A stretch of DNA of 55,035 nt, the filler included, from Bipalium vagum (lineage: Eukaryota), in NCBI GenBank assembly GCA_037834085.1. It is 3 parts of 3 records of this genome, joined end to end, with 100 filler letters (N's around TTAATTAATTAA, not from the genome) between each part and the next. Parts side by side here need not be neighbours in the genome. Positions count along the whole stretch, not along the records: positions 1 to 18,767 come from JBBMKC010020233.1; positions 18,868 to 37,278 come from JBBMKC010029884.1; 1 more part is not named here. One strand, written 5' to 3'. The notes beneath the pieces were generated by a model. The model saw only the letters and a list, made by a program, of their open reading frames with translations. It searched no databases and had not been told where the DNA came from. The translations under genes and the position numbers were made by a program. Positions 14,102 to 27,100 of this stretch are shown here, piece by piece (position 1 is the stretch's first letter; every line of letters begins with the position of its first letter).

Positions 14102-14292
14102 NNNNNNNNNNNNNNNNNNNNNNNNNNNNNNNNNNNNNNNNNNNNNNNNNNNNNNNNNNNNNNNNNNNNNNNNNNNNNNNNNNNNNNNNNNNNNNNNNNN
14201 NNNNNNNNNNNNNNNNNNNNNNNNNNNNNNNNNNNNNNNNNNNNNNNNNNNNNNNNNNNNNNNNNNNNNNNNNNNNNNNNNNNNNNNNNNNN
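14102..14292. other. Assembly gap
   Basis: Run of N. Confidence 0.99.
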
Positions 14293-14952
14293 TTTCATTT
14301 TCATAATAAAACCATAATTATTATAGTTATTACCAAAATTCTCATATATTAATGATAATAAGTTAAATTTTTCGTAATTATAATTTAAATAAGCCTATAA
14401 ACCCTTGAAAATGGGTAAAATTTAGTCCATTCATTCTTTGTGAGATTGTAAAAAAATAAAATAAAATATCAAAACACTAACTATAGGAAAACATACTTTA
14501 TTTTACATATTAAGTCTAAAAAATGTTATATAATAACTCTCATCAACAATGCTGACAAAACACCAATTTTTGTACTGATGTACGAGGATTGAAAAATAGT
14601 TTTCATTAAAACAAAATAGCACTTTTATATTCTTTAAGCAGTTTTATTCAAACTCTGATTTGACTCATTTCGCGAACTTTATGAAACTAAATTATAATTA
14701 TAAATCAGAAATAATTTTAATAACTTAGTTTATTTACAGGAAACTACCAAGATTTCATTGTTAAGCAATGAGCACATCCAATATATCTATAATTGCCATT
14801 GTCTTCATGCAAATCTTTGTTACGTTTTCATCAGCAGCATCAGAAACTAGAGAATAATAAAATAGTACGCCAAGCACAACTATTAGAGAGACTGGAAATA
14901 TTGATTAGAATATATTGATTATTTTCCATTTCAAATAACACATTTGAAATAT

Positions 14953-16149
14953 TTAAACTGCACTGCCATTAAAAGGTCTATTGGTTACGCTTTCTGGCCA
15001 GTAAGCAGTGGATCGGGGATTTTCTTCTTCATCTGAACCTTCGGGAGAAGTCTGGGGTCGAGACGGAACTCTTGATGCAGGCTCACTTGTAGCAATTTTA
15101 TGGCAAAGTCCATTTTGATGTTCTATTCGAAACCAATAATCACATGTACACTCTTGATCTCCTGTTTCCACGCATCCTCCAAGAGACGTCTGTAATAGAA
15201 CTGGAATGTAAGTGGCACAGCGATCCATATTGTTCGAAGAGCAAGCTCGAGCTCTAACTAAATGTATTTTTTCTTGACTCTGAGAAAGAGATCTGTATGG
15301 ATATTTAGATTTCTTCTTTAATACATCAGTTGGCATTTTATCATTATGGCCATGTGCATGTACACATAAGCTACCATTTGATCCATCTTTTAGTTTTGAT
15401 GAAGATTTTAGGAAACCAATAGGGTCCTGATTCTCAGCAGAATAAGGATATTTATTTGATATTTGATTAGAATATGAGCGATGATTTGGTATCGAGGAAT
15501 TGTTCGTCTTTTCTGGATCGACAGGATGGTTATTTGAAATGACATTTTCATCAGGTGCTAAAGGTGAATAAATATAACCTGGCTTCGAATAGTTCAATGA
15601 AGATTTTCTTTGATTATTTCCAGAAGATGATTTCATTGAATTTGATTGAGGAATTTTATTTTTCAAGGAATCGTTTCGTTTTGAACTTAACCTAAGATTA
15701 TTGGTTTGACTACGGGACTTTGACATTGTATTTCTCAATCGCTTTGTCATTGCCTTATTACTTCTTCCATATCCACCCCAGCATGTCTGAGAAATTCTGT
15801 CATCATCTTCATCTGATTCTCCATCGATGTCTGCTTCTTCCCAGAAAGAGTTGGGATCCATAAAAGGCTCGCCACCCAGACTTAAGTCATCTGACTTGAA
15901 AGCTTCCACTGATCTCAAGTGGTTTATAAGGGTTTTGAATAGTTGCCAATCGCCGAAATTCATCTCCATCTCATTTTGCAATTGATCCATATCACAAACA
16001 CTAAGCACTAAACCGGTAACATTTAATTGAATTAACTTTTCTTTATATTTTTCAATATTTTCGTTTGATGATAAACCTTCAATTTGGCTCATTAAAATTC
16101 CAATCTCATATTTATCTAACTGAGATAAATCTTTGCCTGGATATCCATC
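14953..16149 (-). CDS. KIDINS220: Terminal coding exon of a Kidins220/ARMS-like protein (SAM-like domain plus disordered tail)
   Basis: Acceptor TTTTAG at ~16150, then DGYPGKDLSQL...SQIEGL...LNVTGLVLSVCDMDQLQNEMEMNFGDWQLFKTLINHLRSVE, matching the Kidins220 QIEGL...NINGRVL...MNMNFGDWHLFR segment. Ends GSAV* (class I PDZ-ligand pattern). Upstream exons not found in the window. Confidence 0.82.
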   Translation of the reverse strand, partial: DGYPGKDLSQLDKYEIGILMSQIEGLSSNENIEKYKEKLIQLNVTGLVLSVCDMDQLQNEMEMNFGDWQLFKTLINHLRSVEAFKSDDLSLGGEPFMDPNSFWEEADIDGESDEDDDRISQTCWGGYGRSNKAMTKRLRNTMSKSRSQTNNLRLSSKRNDSLKNKIPQSNSMKSSSGNNQRKSSLNYSKPGYIYSPLAPDENVISNNHPVDPEKTNNSSIPNHRSYSNQISNKYPYSAENQDPIGFLKSSSKLKDGSNGSLCVHAHGHNDKMPTDVLKKKSKYPYRSLSQSQEKIHLVRARACSSNNMDRCATYIPVLLQTSLGGCVETGDQECTCDYWFRIEHQNGLCHKIATSEPASRVPSRPQTSPEGSDEEENPRSTAYWPESVTNRPFNGSAV

Positions 16150-17843
16150 CTAAAACAGAAAGAGAGAGAGATCATATCACTCAAAAATCTATAATAATAT
16201 TTATTATAAAACTTTATTATCAGTTAAGAAATTTTTTATCAAAATTATTCAATAGATGTAGAAAAAATAAAATATTTTTAAAAATTATGATATCTGACCA
16301 ATATTTCGGTTGGGAAAATAATAAACAAATTGATTTATGAAAAGATTTTATATTGAATATTTAAATGAAAACATAAATATTTGTAATTAGTACAGTTAAT
16401 TAAAACAAAAAATATTGAAAAAAAATTAACAGATTTTAAGTAAGGCCATTTAAAATTCTCGGATGTTTAAGATAATGTTAAAAATCGAAAGATAAATATT
16501 TATCAGAAATTTAAAACAAAAAATAAAAAAATAATTATGGATATTTTTCTGAAAATCTGTCTCTTCAAACCCATTTTTATAAATCTTATTCAACAACCCT
16601 CAGACAATTTGCTCAAGTGAATATTATATTTGAAATAATGTAATAACTCTCTTTCTCTAGATTAATAATAATAATGATAAAGATAAAAAAAGTTTTTTTC
16701 AACATCCTAACAGCATTTAACTAAATTATTGAGCCAGTTTTTATTATTTTCTTCAATAATCTGTTGAAATCCAGCTATCCTGTAATTGTTTTTATTATTC
16801 TTTTTTTTATAATCATTATTTATTTAATTATTTATTAGTTAATCAATAATTTAATTATTATTTATATTTATATTATTAATAAAAATATATTTTAATATAA
16901 TGAATATTAAGTAATTATTATTTTTATTTTCCTGGTTAATTACTTTTTTAGCAAAAATAAATTAGACTCCACAATCAATAAAATGAATTTTTAGAAATAA
17001 ATAAATAATCATTAATTATGAAAATTATTTATTTGATTTTCTAGAGACTAATCATAAAATCAACTTAAGCAGGTATTTCGACTTCATAAATTCAAAGAAA
17101 TTCTGTATTTTATTTTGATAAATGAATTAAAATTATCCAAATGATATTACACGAAAATTTTTCAGTATATACATATACTAAAATAATCGAATATATGTAT
17201 ATATATGAAGGAAAAAATATAACACATACAAGAAAATAAATAATATAAATAAATAAAGTCCAGTCTTGACTACTCACACTAAAAAGTGTCTTATAAATAT
17301 AAATTCCGTGTAGCAATTAGAAAAGCATTGATTGATCTGTTCTGCTCAAAAGCAATTACGTGATTTTTTCTTTCGATGCAATTTTTAACAGTTAGATTTT
17401 TACATATTTATTTTCACACAAGCTTCCTTTCAATTTATTTCCATTTCAGCAGCTTCGAATTGTTAAAAGGAGCTTTGATCTGCATAATAAACATTTTATT
17501 CTTAAATGGTTGATTTTTTTTTGTTATAAATATTTTTTGAATTTTTTTCTCTTTTCTGAATTAAATCTATTTTAAATTTTAATCCATTAAAAATGCTCTG
17601 CGATGATTGGTCAATTAATGTTAATAAAAAAATTATTTATAGATTGATTCATTTGATTTCTGCATAAAATTTTTATTAACAATTTTGATATTTTTAATAA
17701 AACTGTTATTTTTCTGTTTAAAATATTATTTCTTTTCATATTAATCTTGAGTTAAAAAACAGTAAACTTAGCACAAAAAAGTACACACAAATCTTTTATT
17801 TTGTTTTAGTTTTATGATTTATTGTTTCTTTAAATATTATATA

Positions 17844-18300
17844 CAGGGGTGGTGGTCATTAAGCAGTACCCAGATTGAAAAAGGGTTTATATTCAGAAAC
17901 AAAATGTTGTAAAACATGATAAAAGGACCAGAATTCATAAACCTTATTAAAATACACAATATACGATATGAACAAAATATCGATTGCTAACAACGAGTGT
18001 AGGATCAAATCAATCCAATTTTTTTGTAGTCGGAGGAACAAGTCATCAGCATTTTCAGGTGGTTTAGAGTCGTTCAGAATTTTAGTTTTCATTATGACCC
18101 AACAATTTTCAATTATTATCTGGACAATATGGTGGTACATTAAAAACATGGATATAACTGGCTTGTAACTAATGCTGTGAATATCGAGATTTATGAACCG
18201 GACATTTATCTTGTCATAACGTCAACTTGGCATTTGAGGGAACTAAATTGGACGTCAGCGAAAGATTATCTTGCAATAATTTAGAGTATCGCCGTGTATT
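17844..18300 (-). mobile_element. Tc1/mariner-superfamily 3' remnant
   Basis: TA-CAGGGGTGGT TIR at 17844; translation IIENCWVIMKTKI...DDLFLRLQKNWIDL is typical of the transposase C-terminus. Confidence 0.6.
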
Positions 18301-18616
18301 GAGTCGTCCTTCATTACAGTGTTTTACATTAAATTTCAATTTTGTTTATTTAAATTAAAATTTTAATGTAAGAATGTTAACATGTATATAAAAAATAGTC
18401 ATTTATTTTAATTTGTATTTAGTTAAATCTATAAGAAATAGGAGTACTGTAAACGATCAAAACAAAGACAACTATTTTAGACATAATAATAAATAGCTAA
18501 ATTTAGTTTCTGGAGTTAATGAACTTAAAGCTAACAAAATTGAAATTGAACTTAACAAATTGAAATTGAATGGAAAGCCATGTATTGGTTTATGGAAATT
18601 ATATATAATAATAATA

Positions 18617-18767
18617 CAGGGTGGCCACTAAAAGACTAACCAATGTAAAACAAAAATAACTTTTACAAACACGTGTATTTTTAATTTTTAATTGTTTTAT
18701 TTACAAGTATACATACAGGAGTTATTTCAGGATTATGTATGGTAAACCACATCAGTCAAATGGCAAC
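18617..18767. mobile_element. Tc1/mariner (maT/rosa-like) terminal fragment abutting a gap
   Basis: TA-CAGGGTGGCCA TIR start. Confidence 0.4.
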
Positions 18768-18867
18768 NNNNNNNNNNNNNNNNNNNNNNNNNNNNNNNNN
18801 NNNNNNNNNNNTTAATTAATTAANNNNNNNNNNNNNNNNNNNNNNNNNNNNNNNNNNNNNNNNNNNN
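18768..18867. other. 100-bp placeholder gap with artificial TTAATTAATTAA spacer
   Basis: N44-TTAATTAATTAA-N44; identical construct at 37279. Confidence 0.97.
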
Positions 18868-19329
18868 TTTCTTGAAATAAAAATGTTAAACAATCTCGAG
18901 TTTTTGAATACTGAAACTGTCGATAACGTGGCAGTAACTAACAATTCAACTAATTAATTAATTAATTAATCAATCAAATAATTATCTTAATGTTGAGGTT
19001 ACTCTACAACATCTTACATAATTATATTAGGTCAACAAATATGACACCTGAAAGAATTTGACAACTGAAACTAGGCTTCCGGCTAACCACGATATCCATT
19101 CAAATTCTATAGAACCCCATAGTATTGGAATTCAGAGAATTTCAAAATGTAACAGTAATTTTTACATATTTAAAACTACCAGCTCTATGAGCTCTTTCAA
19201 TGGTCGGGTTTCGTTTTCTTGATTCAATCTTGATCCAAAGAAGGTAACAATCACGATCAACAAAAAATGGTTTAAAATAATGTATATATTTTTTTGTAAA
19301 TGTAAATATTTTTTTATATACGAACGTAT

Positions 19330-20265
19330 ATTTAATCTTATTTATGGATTTATATCATACTATCATAGAAAAACGTGCTGAAGTGAAAGATTTTTTTAAT
19401 GCTGACTGATCACATATGGATATTCAATGGCAGTTAAAAATGCCTCTGTCAAATCGTTTGGTGATACTTTATGGGCAAACTGGGTTTATAAAAGCTCAGG
19501 AGAATAAGCCAGGTAATTAAGACTTCCCATCCAAGCTCTGAAAATTTTCGCAGAACACTCTTAGTTAATTAAGACTTGGCGTTATCATAGTGAGATTTCA
19601 CTCCTTTTTGATTAGGTAATTCTGGATGTTTTTTATGAACTGTATCTTTTAATTCGTCTAGTTGATGGCAATATTTATCAAAGTTGATTGTTTCATTGTA
19701 TGGAAGAAGCTCGTAATAAATAATGCCCTTCTAATTCCACCAAACTGAAGGCAAAAATTTTTAATGCAAATCTCCTATAGGTTGTTATCTAGGAGAATCT
19801 TTTCCGTTTAATAATTTTATATATGATTCCTTTTTTCGCCTATAATTAGCTGCCTTAAAAGGTACTTCCCCCATTCCATTTCAATAATAATTTGCAAACA
19901 GAAAGGCGATCATTAATATTCTTTTCTGGCAATTTATGAGGTACCAATGTGTCTTAAAGGGTTATGCAGCTTAGTTTTCCCAAGTGATTAACCGCAGACG
20001 TCTGACTTATATCTAACATTTCTGACATTTTTCGTGTTGTTTTGTATTGTCTTTTTTAATTAAGGTGATTAGATCGTCATCATTGACAGTCGATGGCCAC
20101 CTCAGCAACCTAAATACCATCTTTAAATTCTCAGAACCACTTTTGACAATTGCGAGCGGTTTTCATATTTTCACCACAAGCTGAGAATTATCCTTATGTG
20201 TCTGGGCAGCGTTTTTCTTTTTATGAAGATAAAAGAGAATGGCATGGCGAATATACCATGATGAA
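19330..20265 (-). mobile_element. Decayed mariner transposase
   Basis: IRHAILFYLHK, CQKWF.EFKDG, WVPHKL and HYDNAK-like segments on the minus strand, with many disablements. Confidence 0.75.
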
Positions 20266-20269
20266 TTTT

Positions 20270-20563
20270 AAAGCTTGCTTAAGAAAAAGGTCTTCAATCT
20301 CAATCTTACTATAAAAAACAAATTAATAAATTCTGTCCGCAAAATTTGGAGGACAGATTCTGAAATTAATGATTTTTGTAAAAAGTTGATCGATAGCATG
20401 CAACGTCGAATCAAAGCTTTAATGAGTGCATACTTTTTATTAACATTATTACACATTTATCTGTTTGTTGTTTGTAATTAATGTTAATTGTATTTGTAAA
20501 ATAATGTAAATGTAATATGATGATACAAAAATTATAGTGTTCTGATTAATCCCACCTCTACTG
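20270..20563 (+). mobile_element. Tc1-like 3' fragment
   Basis: LINSVRKIW...KLIDSMQRRIKAL C-terminal motif followed by a TIR-like end ...CCACCTCTACTG. Confidence 0.65.
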
Positions 20564-21157
20564 TTTACACAACCAACAAATATCTTCATAAATAAAATAA
20601 TTTAAGTATATTTCTCCGCTTGTTTCTGGGATTTCATTCTTTTATTCAAAAATGTAATAACCGATCAAAATAATTTGAGAGCATTCAAACAATGTCAAGG
20701 AATTAACTACCAACTTAATATGATTTCTGTAATACAATTTTGAAGTTCCAAGTAACTATGTAATTTTTTTATTTGAGTAAATCTGGATATATATTATCAT
20801 ATGAATAAAAAAATTCTTTTCAAACGTTAAGGAAAACCAAAAATTACAGTTTGATTAAATTAAAATCTTTACTTTGAACATAAAGTCAAATAATAAATAA
20901 TTACGGTTTCATTAAAATTCAAAGGACAAAGTTTTAAGGCGTGTAAGTTCAATTTAAATAAATATACTTTATAATTTAAAATTATTAAACGAATTATAAG
21001 GTTATTAAAAATTGTTTTAAAAACTATTTCTGAAAATAGAATTATAGTTGCGTTCTTTAAATGAATTTATTATATAACCTTAAAAATGATAAAACTTGCG
21101 ATATTTCAGTAAATGTAATTAAAAAATTAAGAAGCGGTTTAAGTTTTTGATTTTACT

Positions 21158-24100
21158 ATGTCTAAATTTAAATCACCGTTCGACATACTTTATTTTCATG
21201 GCAGAATTACTAGAGATCGTGCAGAAGATTTGTTAATGAGTCAAGGAGCAATTGAGGGGATGTTTCTTTTACGGGAAAGTGTTAACGGGAATTATGTTAT
21301 CTCCATTTGTTATTGTAATAAAGTTAATCATTATAACATTGAAAAGCAGATAGATGGGACATTTCAGATTTTAACTGGTATGCTCAATGTTTGTTTTCTC
21401 TAAGATTTATAATTATAATCAATATATTTAATATAATTTGACTTTAATTTATTTTAAGGTTTTTATTTTGACGTTAACTATATTTTTCGTTGAAACTTTG
21501 TACGAAAGAATTAAATATTGTACTTAAATATCTTAATTCTGAAAACTTGAATTCCTTAAAACTATTTAAATATATACAATTTACAATCATAACTAATTAC
21601 TTTGATTTGAGTTTCCAAAATCTATATGGATGTTATTAAATAAGGTCTTCATTGAAAGTGAAATAAAATCTCCTAAATTTAATAACTATCTACCCTTTAA
21701 AAACATACCTGCTCACAATTGCTTATAATTTCGTTTCTCAACGTTTTAATACACATTTTGTCTGTCCTTGAAATAAATACAGATATTCCTACAATAACTG
21801 TGCTTTTCTAACATATTTCTTTTTTTATAGACTACTCTTTTACTACTGTAATATTATGTAATTCTTAGGTGAAATAATTTTGTTTTATATTTAATCAAAA
21901 GGTTTTGGAAATAATGATTTTTTTTGTAATCATTTTTAAAATGATGGTTAATTTATTTATAACATTAAAGTATGTTTAATCTATATCGTCTGTTTGGTGA
22001 ACAAATTTGGTACAAATTAATCGTTTAATCACAATCTCTCCAGCTGTCATATCTATACAGGAAATTTATTACCGATAAAAAAATTTTTCAGAATTAACCG
22101 AAGTTTTCTAATCCTAGTTCTTTCTCTAAATATAACTTAAATAATAATTGGTGGTTTCACAGATCAATAGAATATATTATCACATGGAAGCATTTCTAAT
22201 AATTGTTGCATTTTTAAATCAAATCTCAGCTGAAATTTGATTTAATCATCGCATTTATAAGTTTTATATTCTGAAAATCTGGACTTTGACACTTCATGTA
22301 GCCTCTCCGCTGCGACCTGTCAATACTGATAGTATATCACTTGATTCTGTGGCATTCGCACATTGGGCAGCCGGATCGAATGATTTAGGTGGGAACTGTC
22401 ACAGGTTGATGATTCGGTATGAGAGGTCGGTAATCATGTTGTTATTGTTGTTCAGTTAATAGGCAATGTCGATGTTGTGATACTTATCAAAATATTAAAT
22501 GACTATTCTAATTTTTGCAGTGTCTCATTACCTGCTTTGCTTAGTAAGTCAATCCCCATTTCAGCTATTGTGGCGTTTGTCTGAATTTTTTAATGAATCT
22601 AAGACCAATTTCAGGATTATGTCAGACGAGTTCAGTATTCAATACGCTATATTCTAGTGGCAGTATAAATATCCAATGCAGACGAGTGTGATAGTAATTC
22701 CAGTAGATGTTTTCTTAGGATGAAATCTAGATCATAATGTGCATCTTTACTCTTAATTGTATTCTCGGAGTATTTTATATAAGTTACTACAGTATTATAG
22801 TTGCGGAACACAAAAGTGATGTTTGAGGAAGTGTTTTGTTTTACGCACCAGTTTCATTGGCTCATATGTAAGATGATGGTTTTGTTCGATTTTAAACCTA
22901 TACTCAAGTATCTGAACCATTCCAAATCCTTGGTATTGGATATAGTGCTGTCGTTGTTGTTAATCTTTCCAACCCTTTTCTGGGGAAAATTTAAGAACTC
23001 GCATTTTGAGGTGTTGACTATCATTCGTGACCATTTGATAATATCAACCTCAAAATTATTTCATCATGTGTTACAGATCTCTAATATTGTTGGCAACAAT
23101 AGGTAAGTGGTCTGCGAATGCGAGTACTGCAGATTCCGTCTGATGAAATTTTTTGGGGTTTTCTGTCAGCACCATATTTATAACAGAAACTATATTTTTT
23201 AACACCATTTAAATAAAATGTAGGATGTCACCAACTATAAACATATCGGTAATATCTTTAAAAATACTAAAATTCATGTACAAATTCTGAGATTTTATTC
23301 TTAGTGGACCGAGAATAATATAATTTAAAAACTTTTATTAAAATTATTTCGAGTTATTTTGTAACCAATAAAATCTTAGAAATTTATGAAAAATCAAAAT
23401 TGTTTATATTTTTCGATGAAACGATAAATTTATGTTAGGTTGATCATAAATTTTTAAAAATATCTTTTTGCGAAATTCAATTTCACTATGGTTAAGGATG
23501 AAAATATTAATATTTAAAATTGATTTTAACTGATCTTATTATGACCGAAAGTTATAAATCAGATAAATAGACATGTATGGTAAAATATTTCACAAGCGTT
23601 AAGTATCAATAAATTTTGAAGAGTTTTAAATTTATAAAATTTATTGAAAATTAAAAATAAATTAAATTAAAAAAAATATTTATACGTGGGTGAATCAAAA
23701 AGTGAAGATACAAAGCGTTTAATTTTTTTCATAAATAAGCAGTTAAACCATAATACGTTTAACTTTTTTGTTACAATAAAATACGAAATATTGATTTAAA
23801 GGAATATTTTTATGTCAATTTTAGATAAAAAAACATGAAGCCTGTTTTAAAAAATTACACCAAAGAAGAACGAAGGGTTGTTATTCGTTTTTTGCATGCA
23901 GAAGGTGTTTCTTCAGCTGATATTCACGGAAGAATGCTTCCCCAATATGGAGTAAATTGTTTTTAACCGAAAAAACGTAAATAAGTGGGTAAACAATGTC
24001 AGTTATGTCAATTATGGATCAGCTTATTCAATGATTCACAACGAGCTGGAATACAATAAAGTTTGTGCCAGATGGGTACCGAAATAGCCCTGTATGCAAC

Positions 24101-27100
24101 ATTTGGAATGATACAAGAGTGATGAAATATTTCTAAGAAGAATAATCACTGGTGACGAAACATGGGTACACCATTATGAACCTAAAAGTAAAAGGTAGTC
24201 GATAGAATGGAAACACCCAAGTTCACCAAAAACCAAAAAATTCAAAACACAGCAGAGTGCTGGTTTTTTAATGTTAACTGTCTTCTTGGATTCTGATGGT
24301 CCATTATTGACTCCCTTTCAACAAGTCGGTGAAACTATGAATAGTGAAAGATATTGTGAAATTCTGCAGGATAAAATAAAACCAGCAATAAGATTCAAAC
24401 GGCGAGGAATGACCTCTGAAGGTGTAATTATTCTGCATGACAATTCAAGGCCTCATACCGCTCAACTGACAATGTAGACCCTGAGAAATTTAAATTCTGA
24501 GTTATTGGAACATCCTCCATATAGCTCAGATTTGTCACCATGTGATTATTACCTATTTGGACCCATGAAAGAGGAATTACGAGGAAAACATTTTCACAAT
24601 GATGATGCAGTGATAAAAGCGGTGCAAGATTTGTTGAAAGCAAAAGACAAAAACTTCTTTGCTAAAGGAATGCAGAAGTTAGTTGACAGATGGACGAAGT
24701 GGTATTTATGTTGAAAAATAATTGTCTGTATATGTTATAATCTTTGAAAATAAAATAATATAAAGCTTATATTTTCACTTTTTGATTCACTCACATGATT
24801 AGAAAAAATATAAAAATTAAAATAATTATTTCTGAAATATTATTAAATTAAGATATTAATAATAAAAACTATAAGAGTATAAGAAATACAAATTGCAATA
24901 ATAATTACATTTGTATCAAAAACTAACCCTCCAAACTGGTAAAATCGATAAAAAAAATAGATTGGTCTACGATCACCAATCTCTACGCTTTGAGATGCTT
25001 ATTTCATCCAATAGCCCATTAATTCTAACTTTATCTCCTAATCTTTATAAGTTAGCTAAATATTAATAGAAAATATATTTTATTGACGGAATATATTTCT
25101 TTATAAAAATAATAAATAATATTTTATTACCCAAATATAAAAAAATCTCGACGGCGAGATTTTGAAATATTACTTAAGTTAATATTTCAATATTTATAAA
25201 AGTTTTTGATTAATATTAATATTAATATTATTAATTATATTAATATGATTATTTTTTTTATTTTATTATTATTATTATTCACACTCGTTGCTTTAAGATT
25301 TGTGCCTTTGGCAAACCCAACCGTTATTTAATTGTTAAAAGAAGATTTGAACCTTAAAAGAATCTAAATTTATTCTGAACTTTTGCAGATGTTTGAATTT
25401 CAGAATGACTCTTTTTTCGAATATGGTTACAGTTGATTAAAGTTGGATTTTATTGATATAAGGGTTCCTGAATAATCATTGTGTGAAATTTAAAATCAAT
25501 AATATTACGAGTGTAAGGTAGAATAAGTCTTTAAATATAAAAATCACAAATTATTTCCATAATTTTTACCAAATCATCCTAACAAATAACACCGACATTT
25601 ATCAATCCGGCTTTAAAACAAAATAACACTTCAATATACTCTATTTTAACTGTCTCCAACCATCAATCGTCCACAATTGCTCAAACTGCCATTTGTAAAA
25701 TTTTCTATGGGACATAATCAATTGCTGTTTGAACAATGATAATAATTGCTCAATTTTTTGACTAATTGATTTTTTAATTAACATATAAATTGTTATAAAC
25801 TTTGATTAAAAGAAAAAAAATCTAAATTTCCCATGAATGAAGCCAAAAAATTAGAAAGTACTTTTATTTATCCTATCGATAATGTTTATTTTCCCATCTG
25901 AGAATCCCTTAAAAATCTAAAAAATATTGATAAAATTAATTTATTATTTTAGAGAAATGAATTAATTTGTCTATTATATAATATGTGAATTTTTACTTTA
26001 AAAGGTAATTATTTGAAACGAGTTCTAATCAAACGATAATCACTTCAGCTTAGACCCATTAATATTCTAACCGATCACTAGCTAATCATGCTTTCTTTGA
26101 ACAATTCAACATATATATCCACTAAAAAACCTTTTACAATTTAAACTTCTCTATAAAAAAGACATTTATTTTCAAACTTCAGATGAATTTTATACTCAAA
26201 GAAAATTTTTTTGATACTAAACAATTTTATTGATTTTACATCAGTAATTCAATCAGAGATAATATTAAAAAATAATAAATTATTATCAATTTAGTCACAA
26301 TATAATCATATATTTTGTTTCATATATTTTGTTATATTATTTATTTTTAATTAAACAAAATCGATATATTTTTGTGTTTATTTATATAATGTATTATTGA
26401 CACCATCGATATATATTAATTGACTTTATGTTAATTATTCATAATTAATTACATATTTTATTATAATAAAAATTATTATCATAATTATCCCTGAATCTCC
26501 TGAAATTAAAAAAATTCATCGATTGCAGAAATGCAGAATAAAATTATGCTAAAATCTTTTTACTCTCTTTCTTTCCTTGCTAAAAATGTCTTGAAATGTT
26601 TTGCTAACATTTTTTAATTACGTTGTTTGTTGTTTTCTTTAGTCTTTTTTTCAAATATTTTATTTTACTTTTAATGAATTTATTTTCCTTTTATTTATTT
26701 CTATTTTCTTTTATACAGAATAGAATATTTTAAAACTACACGAAAATCTTAAAATTAAAATTCATATAAAAATTGATAATTCTGTAAAAAGAATGATTTT
26801 CTTTTTTACGTTATAATTGTTTTAATACTTAGTATTAAAATTCAAAGATAACTTAGATGAGTAACTTAGTATTTTTTTAAAAGATTAATTAAATATTACA
26901 TTAAATAAAATATTTTTAAACTTAACTAATTAACATTTTTCGGTTTAGGTTTTATCATTAAAATTAATTATATTGGATTCGTCGAAGGCACGACCCAATG
27001 AAGTATAATAATAATAATGAATTTAATAATAATAACAATAATAATAATTAATTAATTAATAAAAATCAATTAAAAAATTAATGTTAATAATAATTTAACA

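Noticed and set aside
14077-14352. ORFs of X residues
   Set aside because: Artefacts of translating through the N gap.
18812-18823. Palindromic TTAATTAATTAA islands inside N runs (also 37323-37334)
   Set aside because: Artificial scaffolding spacer with stops in all frames, not biology.
19180-19245. NPTIERAHRAG on the minus strand, like the LINE ORF1 IERAHR motif
   Set aside because: Single short motif without supporting flanks.
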